DNA of 64,000 bases. Source: Torpedo marmorata (taxonomy: Eukaryota). Under the pieces are notes generated by a model. The model searched no databases. It had not been told where the DNA came from and worked only from the letters and a program-made list of their open reading frames with translations. Positions within the stretch are counted from its first letter, which is position 1. Every line of letters starts with the position of its first letter. Shown here in pieces: positions 12,940 through 25,994 of this stretch. The DNA is taken from positions 74,214,001-74,278,000 of the forward strand of contig OZ360223.1 of assembly GCA_977017645.1 (NCBI GenBank), read 5' to 3'. The translations under genes were made by a program, and so were the position numbers.

Positions 12940-14502
12940 TCAGATTTCAGATTTATTGTCAGAGTACATGCATGTCATGACATACAACCCTGAGATTCTT
13001 TTTCCTGCGGGCAAGGCAGAATTACCACTTATTGATAGTGCACAAAAACTGTACACAACGTACAGGTGTAAATACATAAAGAATTGTAAACAGATACAAA
13101 TGTAAACAAACTGACTGTGAAATACAGAGAGAATAAAAAAATAAATAAAGTGCACAAGTAAGAGTACATAAATGAGTCCCTAATTGAGTTTGTTGTTGAG
13201 GAGTCTGATGGTGGAGGGGTAGTAGCTCTTCCTGAACCTGGTGGTGCGAGTCTTGTGGCACCTATATATCTTTCCCGATGGCAGCAGCGAGAACAGAGCG
13301 TGTGCTGGGAGGTGTGGATCCTTGATGATTGCTGCTGCTCTCTGTCGGCAGCGTTCCCTGAAAATGTTCTCGATAGTGGGGAGGATTTTGCCTGTGATGT
13401 CCTGGGCTGGGTGCACTACCTTTTGGAGGGCTTTGCTCTCAGGGGTATTGGTGTCCCCATACCAGACCATGATGCAGCACACTTTCCACCACATATCTGT
13501 AGAAATTTGCCTGGGTTTCTGGTGTCATACCAAACCTCCGTAAACTCCTGAGGAAGTAGAGGCACTGACGTACTTTCTTCACAATGCCATTAGTGTGTTG
13601 GGTCCAGGAAAGATCCTCCGAGATAGTGACTCCCAAGAACTTAAACGTGCTCACTCTCTCCACCTCTGATCCCCCAATGATCACTGGATCGTATATCTCT
13701 GGTTTTCCCTTCGTGAAGTCAACAATCAGCTCCTTGGTTTTGGTGAAATTGAGTGCAAGATTGTTGTTGGTGCACCATTCAGCCAAGTTTTTAATCTCCC
13801 TCCTGTATGCTGACTCATCACCTTTCTTTATACAACCCACTACCGTGGTATTGTCGGCAAATTTGTAGATGGTGTTATTGTCGTACTGTGCCACACTTTC
13901 GTAGGTGTGAAGTGAGTAGAGCAGGGGGCGAAGGACACAGCCCTGCAGTGCACCAGTACTGATGGAGATTGTGGAGGAGATGTTCTTACCAATCCTCACT
14001 GATTGTGGTCTGGCGGTGAGGAAATCCATGATCTAATTACACAGTGAGATGTTGAGTCCCAGGTCTTGGAGTTTGCTGATCAGTTTTGAGGGGATGATGG
14101 TATTAAATGCCGAACTGTAGTCGATAAAGAGCATCCTGATGAATGCATCTTTGCTGTCCAGGTGTTCCAGGGCTTTGTGTAGGGCCAGTGAGATGGCATC
14201 CATCGTAGACCTGTTACTACGATAGGCGAACTGGAATATATCCATGTCATCTCTCAAACAGGAGCTGATATGCTTCAATACCAGCCTTTCAAAACACTTC
14301 ATCACTGTTGATGTAAGTGCTACTGGTCGATAGTCATTAAGGCAGGTTACTACACTCTTCTTGGGCACTGGTATCATTGACGCCTGTTTGAGACAGGTGG
14401 GTACCATGCCCTGCTGGAGTGAGATGTTGAAGATATCCGTGAATACCTTGGTAAGTTGGTCAGCACAAATTTTTAATACTCGGCCAGGTACTCCGTCAGG
14501 TG
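12940..14502 (-). mobile_element. Rex1/Babar-type LINE, 5'-truncated, disrupted RT
   Basis: [52 protein letters not shown]; tail caataaatctgaaatctg. Confidence 0.92.
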
Positions 14503-14718
14503 TCAGTAGGTTTCAATAATACCTCACAACACAGACATACCAAACTTACTAGCTACACTGCCAGCAGTTTCTTACCTAGCTCCATCAAGGGACATAATGA
14601 GAATTGTTGTGCTGCAAGGATAGAGGGTCAGAAGAATGTAGATTATTACACTTTTTGAAATGCCTCATTTTCTTAATAACTTAAATGTGCTTCAAGTATT
14701 GTTAGTTGATTTTGTTTT

Positions 14719-17143
14719 AATCAGAATCAGAATCTATTGTCATGAACAAGTCATGAAATTCGGTGTTTTGCGGCAGCATCATAGTGCAATTAACATTCAT
14801 ATTAACCATCTAACGAAATTACTATAAAAAATTATAAACAATAGTGCACGAAAAGTAAGGCAGTGTCTTTGGTTCATTGATTTTTCAGGAATCTGATGGC
14901 AGCGGGGAAGAAGCTGTCCTTGTGCCGTTGAGTGCTCGTCTTTAGGCTCCTGTACCTTTTTCCCGATGGAAGCAGAGTGAAGAGGGCATGGCCTGGGTGG
15001 TGGGGGTCTTTGAGGATAGAGGCTGCTTTTTTAAGACACCGCCTCATGTAGATGTCCTCGATGGAGTGAAGTTTGGTGCCTGTGATGTCACAGGCCGAGT
15101 TAACAACCCTCTGGAGTTTACTCTTGTCCTGGGAGTTGGCGCCTCCATACCAGGCAGTGATGCAACCAGCCAGAATGCTCTCCACGGTACACCTGTAGAA
15201 GTTTACGAGAGTCTTTGGTGTCATACCGAATCTCCGCAGACACCTCACAAAATATAGCCGCTGACGAGCCTTCTTTGTGATTGCATCAACGTGAATGCTC
15301 CAGGACAGATCCTCGGAGATGTTGACACCCAGGAATTTGAAGTTCTTGACCCTCTCCACAACTGAGCCCTCGATGAGGACTGGGTCATGTTCCTCATCCC
15401 CTGACTTCCTCCTGAAGTCCACAATCATCTCCTTGGTTTTGCTGACGTTGAGCTCAAGGTTGTTGTCATTACACCATTCAACGAGCTGATCTATCTCCCT
15501 CCTGTACGCTTCCTCATTGCCGTTTGTGATTCTGCCGACAACTGTGGTGTCATCGGCAAACTTGTGGATGGCATTGGAATTGTGCCTGGCCACACAATCA
15601 TGGGTGTATAACGAGTAGAGCAGTGGACTAAGCACGCATTCTTGGGGTGCGCCTGTGTTGATAATCAGTGAGGAGGAGACGTTGTTTCCGATTCGTACTG
15701 ACTGTGTTCTTCCGATGATAAAGTCAAGGATCCAGTTGCAGAGGGGGGTACAGAGGCCTAGAGTTTGTAGCTTCTTGACCAGCACTGAGGGAATAATAGT
15801 ATTGAAGGCTGAGCTGTAGTCAATGAAGAGCAGCCGTATGTATGAATTGCTGAATGGAGAGCCAGCGATATTGCATCTGCTGTGGAGCGATAGTGGCGAT
15901 AGGCGAATTGCAGTGGGTCCAGATATTTGCTTAGGTATGTGTTAATTCTGGCCATGACCAGCCTCTCAAAGCATTTCATCACAGTAGAAGTTAGTGCTAC
16001 TGGGCGGTAGTCGTTGAGGCAGCCCACACTACTCTTCTTGGGTACCGGGATGATTGATGCCCTTTTGAAGCAGGTGGGAACCTCTGACTGCTGCAATGAG
16101 AGGTTGAAAATGTCCGTGAACACTCCGGCTAGTTGGTTGGAGCAGATTTTCAATACCCTGCCAGGTACGCTGTCAGGGCCTGACGCCTTGCGAGGGTTCA
16201 CCCTCTTGAATGATGTTCTGACGTGGCCCTCAGAGACAGATATCACAGGGTCCTCAGCATTTTCAGGGATTCTAATAGGCACTGTTTTGTTCTTCTTCTC
16301 AAAGCGGGCATAGAAGGTGTTCAGCTCATCAGGTAGTGAAGCATCACAGCCGTCTATAGTGTTCGTCCTCGCTTTGTAGGCTGTAATGGCCTGCACTCCC
16401 TGCCATAGCTGGCGTGTATCTGTTTCTGTCTCTAGCTTCCTCCGGAATTGCCACTTTGCTTCAGAGATGGCCTTCCGCAGGCCGTGCCTGGACTTTTTGT
16501 AAAGATCCCGGTCCCCGGCCTTAAACGCCCTTGTTCTCGTCCTCAGCAGGTTGCGAATTCTCTGATTCATCCAGGGCTTCTGGTTGGGGAACACCCGGTA
16601 TTTGCGCGTGGGCACACACTCATCCACGCAGGTCTTGATGAAGTCAGTGACACCTGTTGCATATTCATTTAGGTCTATGGCTGAGTGCTTGAATATGTTC
16701 CAGTCCACCAATTCAAAGCAGTCCTGCAGACGCTCCTCCGCCCCCCTCGACCATACTTTCGCCGTCCTCACCACTGGTGCTGTGGTCTTCAGTCTCTGCT
16801 TGTACGCCGGGAGTAGAAGTACAGCCAGGTGATCAGACTTGCCGAAGTGTGGTCGTGGTATGGCTCGGTATGCGTTCTTCACGGTGGTGTAGCAGTGGTC
16901 GAGTGTGTTGGATCCCCTGGTCTCGCAAGTGATGTGTTGGTGGTAGTTTGTCAGTGACTTCTTCAGATTGTGTATTTCTACCTTTGTTATGTATTTCTAC
17001 CTTTGCTACATAAAAGGCACTGTTTGACCTGCTGAGTTCTCCAGCTTTTGTGTTTTTTACTTCAATCACGGTGTCTACAGATTTTCGTGTTTACTTCTTC
17101 AGATTGACCTGATTGAAGTCTCCCACAATGATCGGGAAGGCAT
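14719..17143 (-). mobile_element. Rex1/Babar-type LINE (EN C-terminus + RT), interrupted by a Penelope fragment at 16971-17092
   Basis: IIVGDFNQ (17110-17143), GKSDH, KASGPD, KFADDT; (ATTCTG)n tail at 14719-14735. Confidence 0.93.
16971..17092 (+). mobile_element. Penelope pLTR fragment with 14-bp TSD
   Basis: acttcttcagattg at 16957-16970 and 17093-17106; body matches the 11458 copy. Confidence 0.88.
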
Positions 17144-19400
17144 TCCAAATGTTTTCATTCTTGTCATATTGTACGTTTATTTATTTCAATCTTTTGTCAA
17201 TGCTTGACAAACATTGGCTTAGTTTGTTCTGCCTAACTGTGTCATCCACTTTACATTATTGGAGGCCCCTCTGCTGCTCAGGAACTTATCAGCCAGGACC
17301 AGCGAGATCAGTCTTCTGGATATAAACAAAAAATATGCTAAGGATAATGCAAGTCGCAAGACCCTAAAGGGAAAATCTGAGCTTCAAACATTTGTTTGAT
17401 TTTAAAAATGCATAAACTCAAAGTTAAATGAGGAATCTCATATGGCCTCAACGAATGCATTTTATTCCACTGATATAATTTCATGTTGAACTCTTGAGCT
17501 TGATTAACACAATGGCATTGATGGTGGGATTGCCTCAATTGATCTTTTGGGTGGAACCTGAACTTGTGCGACCTCTGTTTCTCTATCATATTCTATTGCT
17601 ATCTTTTGATGCCCTCTTCAGGTATTTATGGGGCAAAAGCACTGTTTGGCTTGGTTCTTATGACCCTAAGAAATAGAAATGACAAAAATATCATCCAGTT
17701 TTATTTGTATAGAATGGCTGTTTAGTTTATTCCAAATGGTCGCATTCTGATTAACAAGGAGGCTGAATTTTGTGCATCCTCTTTCCACATTATCCTAATA
17801 CATTACCATCAAAAATGCAACCCAGGCTTCATGCCTGAATCTGCATGACCAATCTTTAAAATTTATCACGCCTGAACTGGTAGGTACAATAGCAAATACA
17901 CAGAATGTTGTAAACCAAAGTGTTTTAAATTTATTAACTCAAAGGATAGTGCAAAATACTGGAAATATAATACTAAACGTGTCTACTCAGCTTAATTATT
18001 ATGAGACACAAAATGACAGGTAATCAAGTTAATGGCTGAATGGAGGACCATATATCACATTCATGAATACAGGACAGAACACACAGAAGCAATTATGAAT
18101 TCTATGGCAATGAAACTATTTAAATTGGGAAAAAATGCCAAATGTACTTCATGCCCGATTACACAACATTGCAATTTTTTTTCAAACTGTCTGTATAATC
18201 CAAAACAGCAGTTCAAACAAATGATTAGATAAAAAATATTTTGTTGATCACAGTTATAGGACTAGATCTTAGGAAAGTAGAAAAGTATGTATTTAATCAT
18301 CAGCAAATGCTCTAGTTCAATCTAATTGTTCATAATCACACGATTCCATTCTATGCCAACCTGAGCTTTCTCTTCATTTCAGATTTTCCTTGATTCTACA
18401 TCTTACGTTATCCTTCACTTTTCCTGCATTAGCCCACCTGAAACTAAAAGCTCACGTGTTCTTTTGGCACTTGAGAAAAATTTCTTTTGGCTATGGCATG
18501 GAAGGTCCAAAGGGAACTGCCAGCAATCAGGAAGCAGCTCACAGACTTACAGGAACTCACTTCTTCTGAGTGTCCTTTTTATGCTTCTTTGATGCTATTC
18601 TACCCAGAAATAAAAACAGAAAATTCTGAAGATACCAAGTAAATCGGGCTGAGTTCATTTTTTAGGTCAAGGACCTTTGTTTCTCTCACCAGGATGTTGC
18701 TGACCTTTTGAGTATTTGCAGCAGTTTCTGTTTTGATTTCAGATTTTAATTTTCTGCAATTGGTTGTTTTTCTACATGGCCAAATCTGACTTGGGTTTAG
18801 TGACTCCATTGACTTGAGTAGGGATTCCAAACCCTGCAAACTGAATTCCTTTTTATTTCATTTCATGTTAATTTATTTATTTATTCATGGTATTTTATTC
18901 ACTTTTGTTTTACTTTGGACAGCCTGAATCTTGTTTATATTCTCTTGAACATGAGAAAAAATTTAAAAACTGTGAAATAAGAACATCACATCTTTAACGG
19001 AAGGCACACTGCCCCCAACACCACCCAAAACAGCCTTGGTTAATTTTAAACACTGTTAGGGCATTCTTGGTCTGGAGCCTCAAACATTGCCTGAGGCTTA
19101 CTTGTAACTCAGGCATCACTCAGAGTTTTATCCTCTGAAGGATAAGCTTTATCAGTCAACTGCATCTGGCTCAGCTAAGTGTTGGTGGCTTGGAACTGCA
19201 ACCCAAATCTACTTTTATTTAGCTCACTGACTCCAATGCAAAATTGGTCTTCCTTTCATACTTCACCCTGGGTTAATTTAAATAATCAAAATTCACCAAA
19301 TTATGCCCCATCTCACACAAGAGCCGACCTCATCATCCTGCAGGTTCAGTTCAAAAGTGTTAGCTGTTTGTTTAAAATCCCATCATAAATTATCCCTTTT

Positions 19401-19648
19401 TTTTAGACATACAGCACAGTAACAGGCCATTTTGGCCCACAAGCCCGTGCCGCCCAATTACACCCAATTAACCCACACCCCCGGTACATTTTGAAGGGTG
19501 GGAAGAAACCGGAGCCACCGGGGAAAACCCACGCAGACACGGGGAGAATGTACAAACTCCTTACAGACAGTGAGGGATTTGAACCCTGGTCCCGATCACT
19601 GGCGCTGTAAAGGCGTTGCGCTATCCGCTACGCCAACTGTGCTGCCCC
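19401..19648 (-). mobile_element. tRNA-derived V-SINE (HE1-like)
   Basis: A-box tggcgtagcgg, B-box ggttcaaatcc, V-domain gagtttgtacattctccccgtgtctgcgtggg, CR1-like tail gtgctgtatgtctaaa. Confidence 0.9.
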
Positions 19649-19995
19649 TACGCCAACCATGCCTTCTATTCTTATAATTACAATTATCCACCCACACCCC
19701 AAGAGCTCTGTTTCAGGATCTCTTTCATTTCTACATTACCCCACTTCCAGTGACTAGTCTTGCTTTCATCTTCTTGGCCTCTCTAAATAAAGAACCATGT
19801 TAATAATGTCAAATAATGACTAAATAGATGAGAGAGCAATTATGTAATAAAATTTTAGTGGCAACATTTTGATCACTGCATTTATGCAGAAAGCATTGAT
19901 CATAGGCAAATAATACTATATGAATATTAAACTGCAGTATGACAGCACATAAACATTTCATTTCATTATAATTCCAGAAAAATCCCTTGGTTAAT

Positions 19996-20210
19996 GGATG
20001 GCATGGTTAGCATAGCAGTTAGCACAATGCTATTATAATGCCAGAAAGCCAGGTTTGAATGCGGCACCATCTGTAATGAGTTTGTATGTTCTCCCCGTGA
20101 CCTGCGTGGATTTTCTCCGGATGCTCCGGTTTCGTCCCACCCTCCAAAACGTACGGGATTGATGGGTGAATTGGGTGTAATTGGGCAGTACGCATTTCAT
20201 GGGCCGGAAG
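19996..20210 (+). mobile_element. V-SINE (HE1-like), diverged
   Basis: gagtttgtatgttctccccgtgacctgcgtgg..ctccggtttcgtcccac core; inverted relative to the 19401 copy. Confidence 0.85.
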
Positions 20211-21059
20211 ATAGAATTTTTAAAAAGTTGAGGTAGTGCTTCAATTTTCAGAGGTGATAATATCAACATGTACTAATATATATATATTAAAATAATTATT
20301 ACACTGTGTCAACAGATGCTGATCTTCTAAAGCTCACAGGGGAATCAAACAGAAGATTTTCTTATTTGTTAATTATTTGTAAACAAACACAGCTCATCAA
20401 AAGCTACAGTGGTTCCCTAGGTATGCTGGGAGCTGTTTGCATTATCAATTTGGAAGCAAGTTTTAAATAATTTGCAGTCAGATTTATCCATTGACCAAGT
20501 TGAGAAATTTCATTTATCTCAAAATGTAAATGTAATTAAACCGGCAACACTGAATTTTTCCAATTTTTAAAAATTACTTTATTTCTTCCTATACCTGTAC
20601 ACACTACGTTGTGTAACATTTTACAACATTTTACTGGTATATTCTGGATCTGTTGTAATAAATCGAGAGTCAGTAATCCACAACTGAAAAGAGTAAACAA
20701 TCGAAAGAACCAGGAAAGAGATTTTCTGAGTTAACTGTGAACAGGCATGCCATCCTACCAATGAGGAGATCACATAACATTGCAATGTCAATTTCAATTT
20801 ATATATCATCTAAAACATTACAGTGCATACCAAGGCCACCTCATGAGTGTGAAGCAAATCTGATCCCAAAACAAGGAGAATATCGGGGCAGATAGCTAAC
20901 ATTTTGATTGAAGATGGCTGAAGAATTTTATGGAGTGTTCCAGAAATAAAATCCACAAAAAGAGAGAGGATAAAAAAGGACACTGCAGAGTTTAGAGCTT
21001 TGGCAAAGGTGGACAAGGTTTCCAATTATGGAATTAGAGAAGAGAAAATATCTGACAAA

Positions 21060-21852
21060 GATCATAAGAACAGAAGAAATAGTGGGAGTATGCTATCTGG
21101 TCTATCAAGTTTGCTCTGCCATTCAATAAGATCGTGGCCATGGTCTCATCTCCACTTACTTGCCTGTTCCCACAACCTTTAATGCCCCTATTTTTCTAAA
21201 ATCTATCAATCTGTACCTTAAAAACATTCAATGAAGCAGCCTCCATTGCTTCCTTTGGCAGATAATTCCACAAATTCAGTATTCAATACTATTTGGGAGA
21301 AGCAGTTCCTCCTTATCTCAGTCTTAAAACTATTCTCCTGAATCTTGACGCTATGTCCCATAGTTTTACTCTCACTTGCCAGTGGATACAACCTCACTTC
21401 TATTTTAGCAATTTCTTTCATAATTTTATATGCCTCAGTAAGATTCCTCCTCATCCTTCTGAACTCCAGAGTATAGTCCCAGGCGACACAATCTCCCCTT
21501 CATTTCCAGAATCAACCTGGTGAACCTCCTCTGCACTGTCTCCAAAGCAGCATATCCTTTCTCAAGTACCGCCAGAACTGCTTACAGTACTCTAGGTGTG
21601 GCTTCACTAGAGCACTGTACAGTTGCAGCATATCATCCTGATCTTAAATTCAATTCCTCTTGCAATGAAGGCGAACATCTCATTTGCCTTCTTGATTACC
21701 TGCTGCACCTGTAAACTAACTTCTTGTGCGCACACACCCCCTGGTCTCTTCACAATGACATGCTGCAATTTTCACCGTTTAAATAATAGTCTGATCAACC
21801 ATTTCTCTTTCCAAGGTGGATGACCATGCATTACTGACGTTGTATTCCATCT
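21060..21852 (-). mobile_element. CR1 3' remnant
   Basis: RRNLTEAYKIMK, TMGHSVKI, RRNCFSQ; shark-type CR1 3' UTR. Confidence 0.8.
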
Positions 21853-21989
21853 AGAATAAAGCTGGAAAAAAATGACAAAAACAAGGAAGGTGTCAGTTAG
21901 GCAAGAACTGTTGTGAAACTGGGTTAGATTCAGATCTTCCTAAATTTGATAAGAGTTTTAAAGATGAGCTTTGTTTTTTTTAATTATTC

Positions 21990-22220
21990 ACTTAAAACAC
22001 GGAGAAGCCGATTCCAGCCATTGAAACTCGTGCTGTCCAATTACACTCAATTAACCAATCAACCCCAAAGGTTTTGGAGGGTGGAAAAAACCAGAACACC
22101 CAGGGAAAACCCACATCCAGGGAGAACATACTAACTCCTTACAGACATCGCTGGACTCAAACCCGGGTCGCTGGCACTATAGTTGAGTTGTGCTAACTGC
22201 TATGCTAACCATGCCATCCA
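21990..22220 (-). mobile_element. V-SINE, diverged
   Basis: aattacactcaattaacc..gggaaaacccac..agggagaacatactaactccttacagac. Confidence 0.75.
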
Positions 22221-22259
22221 TATTGTGGGATGCAAGGTGGGAGATTGGCCAATAAAGCC

Positions 22260-23215
22260 TTTCCATCTACTACAGGGACCACTCATCCCTTCTCACTTAC
22301 CTTTCCATGAACCCTGTTACTTTCCCCTGCAACCATAGGAAGCGCAACACTTCCTCTTACACCTCCTCTCTCACCACCATCCAAGGTCCTACACAACTCT
22401 TCCATGAGAGGCACATCCTCTAACCTCATCTACTGTGTTCAGTGCTCCCGATGCAGCCTCCCCTACATCGGTGAAACCAAACACAGACTTGGGGACCGTT
22501 TTGCAGAGCACCAATGTTCTGTTCGAAATGGTCATCCTGAGCTTCCGATTGCATAATGTTTCAACTCCCCCACACATTCCCAGATCATCTCAGATGGGTC
22601 TTCTCCACTTCCAAGGTGAAGACCAATGTAAACATGATAAACCACACCTCATATTCTGCTTGGAAAATCTACAGCCCAATGGCATGAAAGTAGAATTTTC
22701 TAATTTCAGGTAACAAGTCCCCCTCCTCTTATTCTGTCCCCCTTCTGCTCTTCCCTATCCCCTTTCTTCATCACCCTTCTCACCCACCCCACACCCAGCC
22801 CCCTATCCATTCTCATTCACACTCTTTTGGGTTATCTCCCATTGCATTCTTCCTGTATCTTCCCTCTTTTGATTCCCTCTGGTCTCTCTTTATCCCACCA
22901 TTCTCACCTTCTCTTCTTATCAGATTCCAGAACTGGCAACCTTTATATCTAATCACCCACTCCACCCTGTATGACTCATCTCCCTCCACCTGACCCCTTT
23001 GTTTTTCTAGGCACTCTCTCTCCCTTTGTTTGGCATCTGTCAATCTACTACCCTTGACCTTCATGTTTCACCTCAACCTCATTCACCAATCCCATACAGC
23101 ACCCCTGTGCCATCCCTCGCATCCTGTCCTCTTCAGATTGGTTTCTCCTACATCTCTCCAGTCTCTTCCTGATGGTGGTTGACCTTCTGAGTTCCTCCAG
23201 CAGAGTGCATTTAGC
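22260..23215 (+). mobile_element. Penelope GIY-YIG fragment and 3' UTR
   Basis: SSNLIYCVQCSRCSLPYIGETKHRLGDRFAEH motif at 22415-22512; HLIFCLENLQPNGMKVEFSNFR. Confidence 0.85.
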
Positions 23216-23390
23216 ATCATAAAAATAGCTAGTTATTTTTCAGTCAATTAATTTCAGATGGGTTTGGTGAGATAAAATACAAATTAGGTGCAAAATTGCA
23301 AAATTAAGGAACACATTCTCACTGTTTAATCTGTTTCTATGATAGCCTTCAGTGAAAAAGTAAGACAAATAAGAGAAATAATGTGAATAT

Positions 23391-23601
23391 TTTAAATTTA
23401 GACGTACAGCACAGGAATCTGTGCTGCCCAATTACACCCAATTAACCTACAACCCCCGCACTTTTTGAAGGGTGGGAGAAACCGAAGCATCCGGAGGAAA
23501 CTCAAGCAGACACGAGGAGAACGTACAAACTTCTTACAGAGAGTGGCGGATTTGAACCCGGGTGGCTGGTGCTGTAACCACATTGCGCTAACCGGGCCGC
23601 C
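23391..23601 (-). mobile_element. V-SINE (HE1-like)
   Basis: V-domain and tail match the 19401 copy. Confidence 0.85.
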
Positions 23602-24419
23602 TTATGAACAGAACAGAAATTAAAATTGCCTGAACTGGGCTCGGCTGCAACATTTTCATTAACACACAGCAAACCTCATTAAAATGCATTAATAATTTAA
23701 GGTTTCATGTCACTTCACAGTAAAACCTACAATGCAGACATTATCTTGAATGATTTTGGGCTTGACAGAAAGCTCAATAAAATTACTTCAATTCATAAGA
23801 ATATTGAAAGGCGCCTTTCTCCACACACCATGCGCCCAACACAGTGTCTTTAAATTGATTCAGTCCAGTAGTGAACTCATTTAATTTTGTCTGGTAACCT
23901 CTTGAATGTCAACTGCTAAATTGAAACATGGATCACTCACGTGACTGTTCTTATCATACATCATGGAAGTATTATTGATAGCTCCGAGCACAAAAAAAAA
24001 AAGAGGCTTACATTTGTCTTTGTACCATCATAAAACTGACAAATTGGAGTCCAAAGAATGAGTTAGTAAATTTGATAATCTCTGAACAATTTATTCTGGA
24101 AAGGTCATTGGGTATAATGTCAAACATAAGAGTTGTTTTCAAGATCTGCACTTGAATCAGTCCTCCAGCTCACAGGGGATGGAGTAAGAAGGCAAACTTC
24201 CCTTGCAACTTGAACAGATACAGCACAATATGAAAACAGTTAATTTCATTGCTACATGTTATCTGCTACATTGCCAAAAGAAATATCTTGAATATATTGT
24301 TTTATTTTCCAAAAACAGCTGAAACAGCATAAGATTTTGCTCACACAAAAAGCATATGGAATTGCCTTTTGGTAATGACCCTGCTGATCTTACATTGTCT
24401 CTGAGCAGTTACAGAACTT

Positions 24420-24894
24420 TTTTCAAAGGGGAGGGTGAGCAACCAGAGGTCATTGCGCACATTGGCATCAATGACATCAGTCGGAAAAGGAATGGGGTCC
24501 CCTGGAGTTAATTTTGGGAGTTAGGAAAGAGACGACTGAAAAGCAGGACTACAAGGATAATAATCTCTGGATTACTCCTCGCACATTGTGCTAGAGAGGT
24601 TAAGAATGGAAAGACAGGCCTCATGAATGTGAGACGAGGAGCTGGTGCAGGGAACAGGGATTTAGGTTCTTGGATTATTGGAAGCTGCAAAGCTTCGGAC
24701 CGGAAGTCAATGCAGAGATTTGCAGGAGGATGGGAACCAGAGTGCCAGAGCAGAGCAGATAGAGGAGTGGAGGAGGGAAAAGATTATGTGAAAATTTCAT
24801 GCATTGTTAGAAGTCAACGGGTTATACGTAGTGGAAATCTTCTCAGGTGCATCTATATCAATGCAAGGAGTATTGTAGGAAAGGCAGGCGAGCT
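24420..24894 (+). mobile_element. CR1 ORF1 (SGNH esterase) / ORF2 start remnant; a CR1 3' tail follows at ~25640-25750
   Basis: KGEGEQPEVIAHIGINDI, RIIISGLL, LRCIYINARSIVGKAGEL. Confidence 0.8.
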
Positions 24895-25633
24895 TGTGGC
24901 GTTAAGAGACATTAAGTGGCTGTGGATCTCACTGCCACCTTTAAAGTCACTACCTTGGGTAGCCACACAACCTATTGTTCAGTACTGAATGGTATATTGA
25001 GGTAGCCAAATCACATCTCCTAGATATCTGGTTCTGAATTCCCAAATCATTGGAAGACATCTACACTCAAGTCCTTTTGGGTGGCCTGCTTGCCATCGCA
25101 CTTTCATAAATCCTGGGCACAATTCCTGTTCCCAGAAGCCTATTGACAGCAAACTGCTGCCTGGTGTGAGACCATCTGCAGCTAAGCCCTGAGCTGGTAC
25201 CTGCCATAGCAGCCACATTTAGCTGTGTGCACTCCAAACAGCAACCCAGCAGGACAGACAGAAGACTCCCAAGATATATTTTTTTGACTGGGCCCTGACT
25301 AACCTGGCCTGCCGCTGTGGTTCCCCCCTCTCAGCTCGATTGTCTTTGGAGCTCCTACTCCAAGGCAGTGTGGTATTGTTCTACTCTGGTATCCTGTTCC
25401 AATCTGCTGCTTCCTTGGCTCTCTCGATGTCTGGCAGCCGAACATGGGCACCACCAACTTTGATACGGACCTCTGAGGACATTCAAGCAAGAATCATTGC
25501 TGTCCTATTCTACAGAAATTAAACTTACTCCAGAAGTTCAGGCGGGTCGGCCAGGCAGTAGGACCCTGCGGAGAAGCAGCAGAAGGCTGTGTCCTGATCC
25601 TCCCGGGTCTGCTACGGCAGTAGTGCCGCCATA
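24895..25633. mobile_element. Probable solo LTR inside the CR1 remnant
   Basis: Ends tgtggcg ... cgccata (inverted, CA>TA); non-coding; no clean TSD. Confidence 0.45.
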
Positions 25634-25994
25634 GGAAGGGCTCAGAAGAATACGGAACTAATGCAGTCAAATGTGACTGGCCCAGATAGCTAACTTGGTC
25701 AGCATGAATGAGTTGGGTCAAAAGTCCTTTTCTGTGGTGTCTGACTCTATGCTGATTCTTCAATGAATGATCCAGCTTTTGTTGCATGCTTCGGATGTGT
25801 TTAGTGGATCTAAACTTATTGAAATGGTAGCTTAGATAAAATGTGGCAACACCTTTTACACAGAGGAATTCATTCTAATTGCTCTCTAATGCAACACTAA
25901 TTTGTGTGATGGAACCACATTGCTGTGCACTGGAGCAGTTGCCAGGGAATAGTAAATGTCGTGCACTTACATTTTCTTCAAATGAATTCACTTG

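Noticed and set aside
14874-15300. Similarity to the ALKBH8 N-terminal (DUF1891) domain
   Set aside because: That domain is the normal RT C-terminus of Rex1-type LINEs
18826-18850. IQFAG-like reading resembling the end of the upstream contactin exon (KLQFA)
   Set aside because: Upstream sequence is AT-rich with stops and lacks the YQC..N..G motif
19540-19648. tRNA-like A and B boxes
   Set aside because: Head of a V-SINE repeated several times in the window, not a tRNA gene
20595-20683. Minus-strand segment bounded by ttttcag and gtatag with one open frame
   Set aside because: 89 bp (not a multiple of 3) and no contactin similarity; likely a pseudo-exon
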